DNA of 24,000 nucleotides from an uncultured Candidatus Izemoplasmatales bacterium (GCA_964574705.1 CAZNOO010000007.1:11293-35292), one strand, 5' to 3'; counted from the first letter of the stretch, positions 15,660 to 23,074 are shown. Notes: a model not told the origin generated them from the sequence alone. Translations and numbers: made by a program.

Positions 15660-15692
15660 AAAAAGTCCTGAATTTTCAGGACTCTTTTTTTT
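15658..15692. terminator. bidirectional intrinsic terminator shared by the LacI gene and the feo operon
   Basis: A 9-bp stem pairs AGTCCTGAA (15664-15672) with TTCAGGACT (15675-15683). It is preceded by 7 A and followed by C plus 8 T. The stop codon of the DtxR-family gene (complement of 15676-15678) lies in the stem. Confidence 0.85.
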
Positions 15693-16068
15693 GAAGTTCA
15701 TTCATTAATTTTTCTAACTTTGTTGCCGTATCTTCGCTGATATTATGTTCAATGCCACACGCTTCGTGATCCGCAACCTCTGGATTCACTTTCAAAACAT
15801 CTATTAAAAAGTTCTTAATTAGTAAATGTTTTTTGAGTACTCGCTCAGAATTTTTTTGACCCAAAGCCGTTAATGAAACATCCCCATACAATTCTTTAGA
15901 AACTAACCCCTTTTCAATCAAAGTATTGATTGCTTTATTCACGCTCGCCTTAGAAAGGTGAAGTTGATTTGCAATGTCTACACTTCGAACATGACTTCCT
16001 CCGAGCATAAAAATGGCTTCAAGGTAGTCTTCCAAAGATTCGCTGTATTTGCTATTTCTCTGAGTCAT
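15676..16068 (-). CDS. DtxR/MntR-family metal-dependent transcriptional regulator (two-domain form, no SH3-like domain)
   Basis: 130 aa from ATG 16068, with RBS AGGAGA 6 nt upstream. It begins MTQRNSKYSESLEDYLEAIFMLGG. It has a winged-helix segment (VRSVDIANQLHLSKASVNKAINTLIEKGLV) and a metal-site block (HLLIKNFL...ADHEACGIEHNIS). The 166-aa track ORF has an upstream extension with no RBS that lies within feoB. Confidence 0.88.
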   Translation of the reverse strand: MTQRNSKYSESLEDYLEAIFMLGGSHVRSVDIANQLHLSKASVNKAINTLIEKGLVSKELYGDVSLTALGQKNSERVLKKHLLIKNFLIDVLKVNPEVADHEACGIEHNISEDTATKLEKLMNELQKKES

Positions 16069-18247
16069 TTTGATTCTCCTTATCTGAATAATATTTTTCT
16101 CTTTGTGGAAGGTGGCAAGATGAAATCGAACTACATCCGTCACAATGACTGCATGTAACTCCTTTTCTTCTAACAACTTTCACAATCATCGAAACAACGA
16201 AGATGATGACCAAAACCCCGAATATAAGTGAAAACGCACCGCCTATTCCCATGGATCCAATTTGGAAGATAAGCAAGGACGCAAGGTACGCTACAGCAAG
16301 TTCATACACTAATATGAATGTAAACCATTTCCAAGAGGCCAACTCTCGTTTCATAGCCGCAACCGCTGCTACGCAAGGGGTTGCGAGCAAAGCGAACGTC
16401 ATAAACGAATACGCCTGTAATGCTGTAAAGTGAGCTTGGATATCTGCATAAAGCAGATTTCCATTTTCAATGACGTTTCCTGTTACTCCATATAGAATTC
16501 CAAGTGTTCCGACAACGGATTCTTTTGCGACAAAACCTGAGAGCATTGCGACAGTTGACTGCCAATCTACAAATCCAATCGGTTGAAATAACGGTAATAA
16601 CCATTTGCCTATGATTGCAAGCATTGAGGATCCGATTTCGTTTTCACTCAATAATCTAAATGATCCGTCTACGAATCCGAAATAACTTAAAAACCAAATG
16701 ATGATAAACGCACCAAGAAGAATTGTTCCAGCTTTAATTAAAAATCCTTTTGACCGGTCCCAAGTATGCCTCCACATGTTTTGAATCGAAGGTGCACGAT
16801 ATTCTGGAAGTTCCATAATATAATTAGCGCTTGCACCTTTTAAAATGGTTTTCTTGAATAATGCAGCGCTTAATATTGAGACTAAAATACCTAAAGCGTA
16901 CATTGAAAACACGACAAGGTACGAGTTGGAAGCGAACAACGCTCCGGCAAACACTCCAAAGATTGGAGCTTTGGCGCCACAAGAGATAAAGGGGATGACC
17001 ATCGTAGTCATTCTTCTATCCTCCACTTTATCAAGTGTTCTTGAAGCTGAAATTGCAGGAACACTACAACCAAATCCTATTATCATTGGAATAAATGACT
17101 TTCCGGACAATCCGAATCTTCTTAGAACTCGATCCATGATAAACGCTGCTCTTGACATATAACCTGAGTCTTCAAGCAAGGCTAGGAAAAAGAAGAGAAT
17201 CATAAGTTGAGGTAAGAACCCAATAACCGATGCTAGTCCTCCGAAAACGCCGTTCGTTATTAAAGAGATAACCCATGGAGACATTCCAATGTTTTGCGCG
17301 CCTGATTGAATGTAACTGAAAAGAATATGTATGACACTAACAAACTGACTTGTGATAAAAGATCCTACTGGACCAAAAGCCATGAAAAACACAAACATCA
17401 TAATTAAAGCAAATAGGGGGAGTCCAAGCCATTTGTGTGTTAAAATCTTGTCGATTTTATCAGAACTGGAAAGGCGAGTCACATCACCTTTTTTTAATAC
17501 TTTTGAGCATACCTCTATGATTTCATCATATCTTGCACTAGGAAGAATCATATCAAAATCCATTATATACTTTTTGGACTCAATTTCAACCGTCCTTACA
17601 TAATTCGATTTGAATTCTTCATTTTGATCTAATTGAAAGGTTCCCTTTAATCCGTCTTCAAACAATCTAATTGCCTCAAAACGATTAGGAAGTAATTTCT
17701 GAAAAGATTCAATTGTAGACTCTATTTTAGTTTCGTAAGTATGAGAGATAGCAAGCGGCAGGACATCATGACTTTCCAAAAAGGTAATCAAATCTTGAAC
17801 ACCGTGTTTTTTACTAGCGATAATAGGCACTACCGGTACTTTCAAAAATCTTTGTAATTCTAAAACATCTATTTCATCTAGTTTTTTGGCAACCAAATCC
17901 ATGCAATTTAAGGCGACGACGACAGGTATTTCTGAATCAAGCAACTGCATAGTCAAAAAAAGATTCCGCTCAAGATTTGAAGCATCCACAACATTGATTA
18001 TAAAATCCATGTCTTTGCTTAAAATGTACTTTGCGGAAATCTCTTCTTCTAACGAAACAGTAGATAATGAATATATCCCTGGCAAGTCGATAATTTCAGC
18101 CTTAAGGATATCTGATTTTAATGTACCCGACTTTTTTTCAACAGTCACACCTGGCCAATTTCCGACAGATTGATTGGATCCTGTAAGTCCATTGAAAACT
18201 GTGGTTTTTCCACTGTTAGGATTCCCCACTAACGCGATTTTAATCAT
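16052..18247 (-). CDS. feoB: ferrous iron transporter FeoB with a fused C-terminal extra TM helix and Cys-rich tail
   Basis: 731 aa. The G-domain has GNPNSGKTT (G1), DLPG (G3) and NCMD (G4), followed by a polytopic gate-type membrane domain. The C-terminus is ...GGAFSLIFGVLVIIFVVSMIVKVVRRKGVTCSHCDGCSSISSCH.... The start overlaps the feoA stop (ATGA at 18244-18247), and the 3' end overlaps the regulator start by 17 nt. Confidence 0.95.
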   Translation of the reverse strand: MIKIALVGNPNSGKTTVFNGLTGSNQSVGNWPGVTVEKKSGTLKSDILKAEIIDLPGIYSLSTVSLEEEISAKYILSKDMDFIINVVDASNLERNLFLTMQLLDSEIPVVVALNCMDLVAKKLDEIDVLELQRFLKVPVVPIIASKKHGVQDLITFLESHDVLPLAISHTYETKIESTIESFQKLLPNRFEAIRLFEDGLKGTFQLDQNEEFKSNYVRTVEIESKKYIMDFDMILPSARYDEIIEVCSKVLKKGDVTRLSSSDKIDKILTHKWLGLPLFALIMMFVFFMAFGPVGSFITSQFVSVIHILFSYIQSGAQNIGMSPWVISLITNGVFGGLASVIGFLPQLMILFFFLALLEDSGYMSRAAFIMDRVLRRFGLSGKSFIPMIIGFGCSVPAISASRTLDKVEDRRMTTMVIPFISCGAKAPIFGVFAGALFASNSYLVVFSMYALGILVSILSAALFKKTILKGASANYIMELPEYRAPSIQNMWRHTWDRSKGFLIKAGTILLGAFIIIWFLSYFGFVDGSFRLLSENEIGSSMLAIIGKWLLPLFQPIGFVDWQSTVAMLSGFVAKESVVGTLGILYGVTGNVIENGNLLYADIQAHFTALQAYSFMTFALLATPCVAAVAAMKRELASWKWFTFILVYELAVAYLASLLIFQIGSMGIGGAFSLIFGVLVIIFVVSMIVKVVRRKGVTCSHCDGCSSISSCHLPQREKYYSDKENQNDSEK

Positions 18248-18474
18248 TCTGTTACCACGCTTTCCACTTCAATCGTCTTTGCTTCGGCTTTACGAAGCGT
18301 TAAGACATAGCCGCGGACAACAATTTCCATTGGATCTCCAAGCGGAGCGAGCTTTTTAACAAATATCCTTGTTCCTGATATCAATCCCATATCAATGATT
18401 CTTTTTCTGAGATTGTTAGTGTGTATATTTTTAATCACACAGGTTTGACCTGGCGATACGTCTTTCAGCGTCAT
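18244..18474 (-). CDS. feoA: FeoA (SH3-like ferrous iron transport protein A)
   Basis: 76 aa. LKDVSPGQTCVIKNI...RKRIIDMGLISGTRIFVKKLAPLGDPMEIVVRGYVLTLRKAEAKTIEV is the canonical FeoA pattern. The RBS GGAGGAA lies 5 nt upstream. Confidence 0.9.
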   Translation of the reverse strand: MTLKDVSPGQTCVIKNIHTNNLRKRIIDMGLISGTRIFVKKLAPLGDPMEIVVRGYVLTLRKAEAKTIEVESVVTE

Positions 18475-18488
18475 CTTATTCCTCCGTT

Positions 18489-18504
18489 GTTAGCTGTGAC
18501 TAAC
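18489..18504. promoter_or_regulatory. imperfect 16-bp palindrome GTTAGCTGTGACTAAC next to the feoA RBS, candidate metalloregulator operator
   Basis: GTTAG and CTAAC arms (5 bp) separated by 6 bp. The first 7 nt (GTTAGCT) and last 4 nt (TAAC) are identical to those of the 16-mer at 18531-18546, exactly 42 bp away. Confidence 0.4.
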
Positions 18505-18530
18505 TTCTTTTTGAAAATAAAAAGCAACGA

Positions 18531-18546
18531 GTTAGCTTCGGTTAAC
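18531..18546. promoter_or_regulatory. imperfect 16-bp palindrome GTTAGCTTCGGTTAAC abutting the feo -10 box, candidate metalloregulator operator
   Basis: It lies directly downstream (minus sense) of the TATAAT at 18547-18552, covering the expected transcription start. It shares GTTAGCT...TAAC with the 18489-18504 element. Confidence 0.4.
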
Positions 18547-18575
18547 ATTATAGAGTGATTTTAGATAAAAGTCAA
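18547..18575 (-). promoter_or_regulatory. near-consensus sigma-A promoter of the feoA-feoB-regulator operon
   Basis: On the minus strand: TTGACT (complement of 18570-18575), exactly 17 nt of spacer, then TATAAT (complement of 18547-18552). Confidence 0.7.
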
Positions 18576-18583
18576 TCGATTTC

Positions 18584-18610
18584 ATAAAAAAGCAGTGAAG
18601 AATTCACTGC
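18584..18610 (-). terminator. intrinsic terminator of the hydrolase...ogt operon
   Basis: Read on the minus strand: GCAGTGAA ttc TTCACTGC followed by TTTTTTAT. The 8-bp stem pairs 18592-18599 with 18603-18610. The ogt stop codon (complement of 18604-18606) lies inside the stem. Confidence 0.8.
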
Positions 18611-19053
18611 CTCTCATGTAATATTAACATTGCTTTAAATTCAGGGCTTCCACCATATTTTCCAAAACTTCCATCCTGATTGATTACACGATGACATGGA
18701 AGCAAAAATGGAAAAACATTTTTTCTACAAACACTTCCTACAGCCCGTTGTGCATTTGGGTATCCTGCTTTCCTCGCAAGTTCTTGATAGGACATTGTTT
18801 GTCCATAAGGAATATTAGACATTGCGATATACACATCTCTTTGAAAAGGTGTCCCCTCAATCGAAAATGGGATATCAAATGAAGTTCGTTTGTGTGAAAA
18901 ATATTCGTCCAATTGCTTGGTAAAACGATCTGCTAACCTAGAAATCTGTAAAGATGATGAATCTTCGCTCACATATTGAATTGATTTAATTTCGAGTCCG
19001 TCATCTTCAATCCGCAAAGTTCCGACCTTTGTCTTTACAACTGAGACGTTCAT
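18604..19053 (-). CDS. ogt: methylated-DNA--protein-cysteine S-methyltransferase (Ogt/MGMT)
   Basis: 149 aa from ATG 19053. The active-site motif is LLPCHRVI, preceded by IPYGQTMSYQELA and NAQRAVGSVCRKN. The ATG overlaps the TGA of the upstream DUF1667 gene (ATGA at 19050-19053), and the RBS AAGGAAGTG lies upstream. The 16-codon extension in the ORF track has no RBS. Confidence 0.9.
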   Translation of the reverse strand: MNVSVVKTKVGTLRIEDDGLEIKSIQYVSEDSSSLQISRLADRFTKQLDEYFSHKRTSFDIPFSIEGTPFQRDVYIAMSNIPYGQTMSYQELARKAGYPNAQRAVGSVCRKNVFPFLLPCHRVINQDGSFGKYGGSPEFKAMLILHERQ

Positions 19054-19418
19054 TTCTTTTTCACTTCCTTTGTGGCAACTAGGTCTACACCTAATCCGCA
19101 CACATTCTTAACCAATATGTCTCCAACCGATATGGGTGCTTCAACTCTATACCCTTTTAATGATTTCACACAGTCCTGTATGGAAGGTTTCGGGATGGGT
19201 TTACTTGTCTTGACTGAAACCATGATTTCATCCCCACCAATAACTGGAATAACTGTGGTAATCATTCGAAGAGGATTGGTTATTTCTTTTTGGGCATAAT
19301 CTTTCCCAATATTACAAGCATACCCTTCAATTTTAAGAATTTTCTCTTTATCAACTTCGACAATTAGTTCGCAACCCATGGGGCATCCGATGCAAGTTAT
19401 CGTTCTGATTTCGCTCAT
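19050..19418 (-). CDS. DUF1667 protein (COG3862-type, conserved CxxC pairs)
   Basis: 122 aa. The N-terminal ITCIGCPMGCELIVE...GYACNIGKDYA is the hallmark of DUF1667 proteins, which accompany GlpA-like/oxidoreductase pairs. Confidence 0.8.
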   Translation of the reverse strand: MSEIRTITCIGCPMGCELIVEVDKEKILKIEGYACNIGKDYAQKEITNPLRMITTVIPVIGGDEIMVSVKTSKPIPKPSIQDCVKSLKGYRVEAPISVGDILVKNVCGLGVDLVATKEVKKK

Positions 19419-19419
19419 C

Positions 19420-20679
19420 CTATGCCCTCTTTTCTATAATTATTTTGATTTGTTTCGTGTCCGGATGATCAATGTACCATTTTTTTAGAATGAGTACTTG
19501 TTCCATCTCCCCAGGTGTCATGATTTTCTTTTTTTGTGTGTAGACCAGTTGGTCATCAAAGTAGACACAAATGGAATGTTCTTTATACACTCCTGACACT
19601 CTGAACCTTACGGTCTCAAATTTTTCAATGTTAGAAAAATCAATGGTAACCGGAACAGTATATCGAATTCCAAATCCAGAAATTAAATCTATTTTCTTTG
19701 AATGCTTCAATAACCCGTTAACATATTTTGCAGCATTTTTACCCGCAGACTCTGCTTCTTCAGACACATAGTCGACCAAGTCATGGACATGTAATACGTT
19801 TCCGCAGGAAAAGATTCCTTCAATGTTCGTTTCAAAACTTTCGTCTACAAGCGCCCCATTTGTTGCTGGATTCATTTTCACTTTTGCACGTTTCGATAAT
19901 TCATTTTCTGGAATCAACCCAACCGACAAGAGTAAAGTATCACAAGAAATATCTTCTTCTGTTCCTGGTATCGGATTCATTGCTTCGTCCACTTTTGAAA
20001 TTGTCACACCTTCAAGGCGACTAGTTCCATGAATAGCCGTAACAGTATGGGATAGTTTCAAAGGAATTCCAAAATCATCAAGACACTGAACGATGTTTCT
20101 TTTGAGCCCACCGGAATAGGGAAGAATTTCACAAACCATTTTGACATGTGCCCCTTCCAGGGTCATCCTTCTTGCCATAATCAGGCCGATGTCTCCAGAG
20201 CCTAAAACGACAACTTCTTTTCCAGGCATGAAACCTTCAATGTTGACATAGAATTGTGCACTACCTGCAGAGTAAATACCGGAAGGTCTATTTCCGGGTA
20301 TATTTAAAGCTCCTCTTGGCCTTTCGCGACATCCCATTGCTAATATAATCGATTTTGCCTTGATGTTCATTAGCCCGTCTTCTTCATTCATTGCATAAAC
20401 ATGCAAATGTTCATTCACGTCAAAAACCATTGTCGACAGTTTATATTCGATACCATACTCTTTAATTTTCTCGATGTATCGATGTGCATATTCTGGACCC
20501 GTGAGTTCTTCTTTAAACTTGTGAAGTCCGAACCCATTATGAATGCATTGGTTTAAAATACCGCCTAATTTATTATCTCTTTCTAAAATTAATATATCTC
20601 TAAGTCCAGCTTCATACGCTCCTACTGCAGCTGCAAGTCCGGCAGGGCCTCCACCGATGATGATTAGATCTTTTTTCAT
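19420..20679 (-). CDS. NAD(P)/FAD-dependent pyridine nucleotide-disulfide-type oxidoreductase (COG0446-like middle subunit)
   Basis: 419 aa. Two Rossmann dinucleotide motifs are present: LIIIGGGPAGLAAAVGA and EVVVLGSGDIGLIMARR. A GD motif (FSCGNVLHVHDLVD) follows, then a ~100-aa C-terminal extension. Confidence 0.85.
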   Translation of the reverse strand: MKKDLIIIGGGPAGLAAAVGAYEAGLRDILILERDNKLGGILNQCIHNGFGLHKFKEELTGPEYAHRYIEKIKEYGIEYKLSTMVFDVNEHLHVYAMNEEDGLMNIKAKSIILAMGCRERPRGALNIPGNRPSGIYSAGSAQFYVNIEGFMPGKEVVVLGSGDIGLIMARRMTLEGAHVKMVCEILPYSGGLKRNIVQCLDDFGIPLKLSHTVTAIHGTSRLEGVTISKVDEAMNPIPGTEEDISCDTLLLSVGLIPENELSKRAKVKMNPATNGALVDESFETNIEGIFSCGNVLHVHDLVDYVSEEAESAGKNAAKYVNGLLKHSKKIDLISGFGIRYTVPVTIDFSNIEKFETVRFRVSGVYKEHSICVYFDDQLVYTQKKKIMTPGEMEQVLILKKWYIDHPDTKQIKIIIEKRA

Positions 20680-22127
20680 CAGAATGACCCTCCCTTCAGT
20701 TCTTTATCAAGCCCAAGTAAAAATGTTGATTTTTTGCTTGATTTAGCGATTTCCAGTGGACTTAAATTAAGTTCTTCCGAAAGAATTTCTAATACCTTAG
20801 GAGCACAAAATCCGCCTTGACATCTTCCTGATCCCGCACGAGTTCTGCGTTTGATTCCATCGACAGTTTTCGCTCCAACCGGTCTGTGAATCGCTTGTTT
20901 AATTTCGGATAAAGTAACCATCTCACAACGACAAACAATTTTACCGTATTCCTTGTCATGTGCAATTAGCTTCTTTTTTTGATGCATGCTTGCTGGTTCG
21001 AATCGAGAGATATTTTTTCTTTTCTTGACTGCATTTTTTCTTTTTAAAAAGCGATGCTTTAACTGTATCATATCTGCAAGGTCTTTTGCAATGGCAGGAG
21101 CAGCGGTCAACCCCGGTGATTCTATTCCGGAAGCATTGAAGAAATCTGCTACATCAGTTTGTTCTCCTACAATGAAGTCTTTCTTTTCTTCAGAGGCTCT
21201 TAGACCCGCAAAACCTGTAATAATGAAATTCAAAGGAATGCTCGGAACTGAAATCTTTGCCGTCTCAAGAACGTACTTAATTCCTTCCAATGTTGTTTCT
21301 TTATCTTCCTTGTCATCAACAAAAAACGAACTTGGTCCAACGAGTAGATTCCCTTCCGCGGTTGGCGTTACAAGCACCCCTTTACCCATTGAAGTTGGGA
21401 GTTGAAAAATGGTGGATGTAACCAATGTTCCTATCTGTTTGTCAAATAAACAGTATTCGCCTTTCCGCGGACGAATGTTTTGTTTGTTAGCACTTAAAAA
21501 ATTATTGATATGATCGGAGTAGCAACCTGCCGCATTTACAAGAATTTTTGATTTAAAATCACCTTTATCTGTATGAACAACAAAAACACCATCGATCTTT
21601 TCAACACTTTGAACCAGTGTTTCCATTTGAAATATAGCTGAATTCATCTCTGCAACTTCCGCCGAAGCTATCGTCAATTGAAATGGGTCAACGACACCTC
21701 CGGTCGGCGCATAAAGCGCTGAGTAAATTTGTGGATTGAGGTTAGGCTCTTTTTTCAAAACTTCTTCTTTTGATATTATTTCTAATCCTTTAACTCCGTT
21801 GCGGATTCCTTGCTGTTCCAATACTCTTAATTCTTCTTCGTCTTTTTCAGAAAAACCAATGATGAGTGATCCGTTTTGAACAAAAGGAACATCCAAATCA
21901 TTGCATATTGATTTCATCATTTGGTTTCCGGTAACATTGTATTTTGCCTTCAAAGTACCCGGAAGTGCATCATACCCGCTGTGAACAATTCCGCTGTTCG
22001 CCTTTGAAGTCTCCTCGCATACATCCGTGTTCCGGTCTATTACCATGATTGAAATATCATAATAGGACAATTCTCTTGCAATATTTGTGCCAATGACTCC
22101 AGCACCGATGATGATAACATCCATCAT
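20679..22127 (-). CDS. FAD-dependent dehydrogenase/oxidase of the GlpA / glycerol-3-phosphate dehydrogenase-like family with a BFD-like [2Fe-2S] domain
   Basis: 482 aa. The FAD motif is DVIIIGAGVIGTNIARELS. The DAO-type core is followed by CRCEMVTLSEIKQAI...RRTRAGSGRCQGGFC, the BFD-like C-x-C...C-x3-C motif. ATGA and TGATG overlaps link it to both neighbours. Confidence 0.85.
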   Translation of the reverse strand: MMDVIIIGAGVIGTNIARELSYYDISIMVIDRNTDVCEETSKANSGIVHSGYDALPGTLKAKYNVTGNQMMKSICNDLDVPFVQNGSLIIGFSEKDEEELRVLEQQGIRNGVKGLEIISKEEVLKKEPNLNPQIYSALYAPTGGVVDPFQLTIASAEVAEMNSAIFQMETLVQSVEKIDGVFVVHTDKGDFKSKILVNAAGCYSDHINNFLSANKQNIRPRKGEYCLFDKQIGTLVTSTIFQLPTSMGKGVLVTPTAEGNLLVGPSSFFVDDKEDKETTLEGIKYVLETAKISVPSIPLNFIITGFAGLRASEEKKDFIVGEQTDVADFFNASGIESPGLTAAPAIAKDLADMIQLKHRFLKRKNAVKKRKNISRFEPASMHQKKKLIAHDKEYGKIVCRCEMVTLSEIKQAIHRPVGAKTVDGIKRRTRAGSGRCQGGFCAPKVLEILSEELNLSPLEIAKSSKKSTFLLGLDKELKGGSF

Positions 22128-23074
22128 GATTTCACCTCTTGTTTAATCTCTTCAACTGGTAGAACAGTTTCAATAAATGATTTTAATGCTTCGTAATATT
22201 GGGCTTCATTTTTTCTTGCTGTGCCTGCATGTTTGGAGTTGTTTTCTCCCCAAAAGAGTACTTTATATGTACTCGTGGCGTCAAATAATAATTGAGTATG
22301 CGTCGGAAGAATGTATTTGTCTTCAAGTCCGTGTGCATAGAAAATAGGAACTGTGGATTTCTTGACAGATTCTATTGGGCTAATCTGCTTGAACGACAGA
22401 CCTGTAAACAGTCGAAAATAAAAATTTGCCAAAGGTATAAACGGCCATTTTGGCAATTTAATTTTACGGTGTATCAAATAAGTCGCAAGCGTTTCTAAAT
22501 CAGAAAATGAACAATCAGATCCTACAAAATGAACCCTCTTGTCAATTTCAGACTCCATTAAAACGGTTGCGGCTCCCATCGACTCTCCAAAAGTTCCAAG
22601 GTAGATATTATCAGTATATCTTGCAAATATTTCAGTAATTACGTCATACAAATCTGTTTTTTCATATCCACCTAAGGTGCAATTTTTTCCTTCTGATGCC
22701 CCGTGAAATCTTTGGTCAAACATAATGACATGAAACCCTAAATTCATAAACATCTTAGCGTATTTGATAGCACCGTGATGCGTATAGGTATATCCATGGA
22801 CAATAACGACAAATTTATTTGTTGCAATGTATGGTGTAACATCATAAATTTGGATCTCCGTTTTGTTTGATGTCTTGATTCTATATCGATCAACACTCCA
22901 AGAATCATACAAATCCATCAGTCCGGGACTAACTTCATTTTCATTGTTGCGTGTATCTTCCAAACTTCTGGCATAAGGATGAAAAATGTTTTTAGCAATT
23001 ACATATCCCAATATTTGAACCCCAAATAATAATGCAAGAAAAAAGACAATTACAATCCACTCAAAATCGGTCAT
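22124..23074 (-). CDS. membrane-anchored alpha/beta-fold hydrolase
   Basis: 316 aa. It has an N-terminal TM helix (WIVIVFFLALLFGVQILGYVI), an oxyanion HG motif (VVIVHGYT), the nucleophile elbow GESMGA, and later Asp/His candidates (HGLEDKYI, SKHAG). Confidence 0.85.
   Translation of the reverse strand: MTDFEWIVIVFFLALLFGVQILGYVIAKNIFHPYARSLEDTRNNENEVSPGLMDLYDSWSVDRYRIKTSNKTEIQIYDVTPYIATNKFVVIVHGYTYTHHGAIKYAKMFMNLGFHVIMFDQRFHGASEGKNCTLGGYEKTDLYDVITEIFARYTDNIYLGTFGESMGAATVLMESEIDKRVHFVGSDCSFSDLETLATYLIHRKIKLPKWPFIPLANFYFRLFTGLSFKQISPIESVKKSTVPIFYAHGLEDKYILPTHTQLLFDATSTYKVLFWGENNSKHAGTARKNEAQYYEALKSFIETVLPVEEIKQEVKS

Noticed and set aside
16069-16176. The track ORF (166 aa) adds a 36-codon N-terminal extension to the DtxR-family regulator.
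   Set aside because: The extension lies inside the feoB coding sequence and has no RBS. The internal ATG at 16068 has AGGAGA 6 nt upstream, and the family N-terminus starts there.
16203-18359. Several plus-strand ORFs (61-105 aa) lie inside feoB and feoA.
   Set aside because: They are antisense to the strongly supported feoAB genes, with no RBS and biased composition.
18505-18530. An AT-rich hairpin (CTTTTT attttc AAAAAG) in the feo leader could be an attenuator or a small RNA element.
   Set aside because: The stem is only A/T pairs with negligible predicted stability, and there is no alternative-structure logic. The sequence is more simply spacer DNA between the two candidate operators.
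19054-19101. The track ORF adds a 16-codon N-terminal extension to ogt (MRIRCRPSCHKGSEKE).
   Set aside because: It overlaps the DUF1667 gene and has no RBS. The ATG at 19053 forms a classic ATGA overlap and has AAGGAAGTG upstream.
20986-21405. A 139-aa ORF lies antisense to the GlpA-like dehydrogenase gene.
   Set aside because: It lies entirely inside a well-supported gene on the opposite strand. It has no RBS and low-complexity Ser/Leu/Phe-rich content, typical of antisense-frame translation of a real gene.
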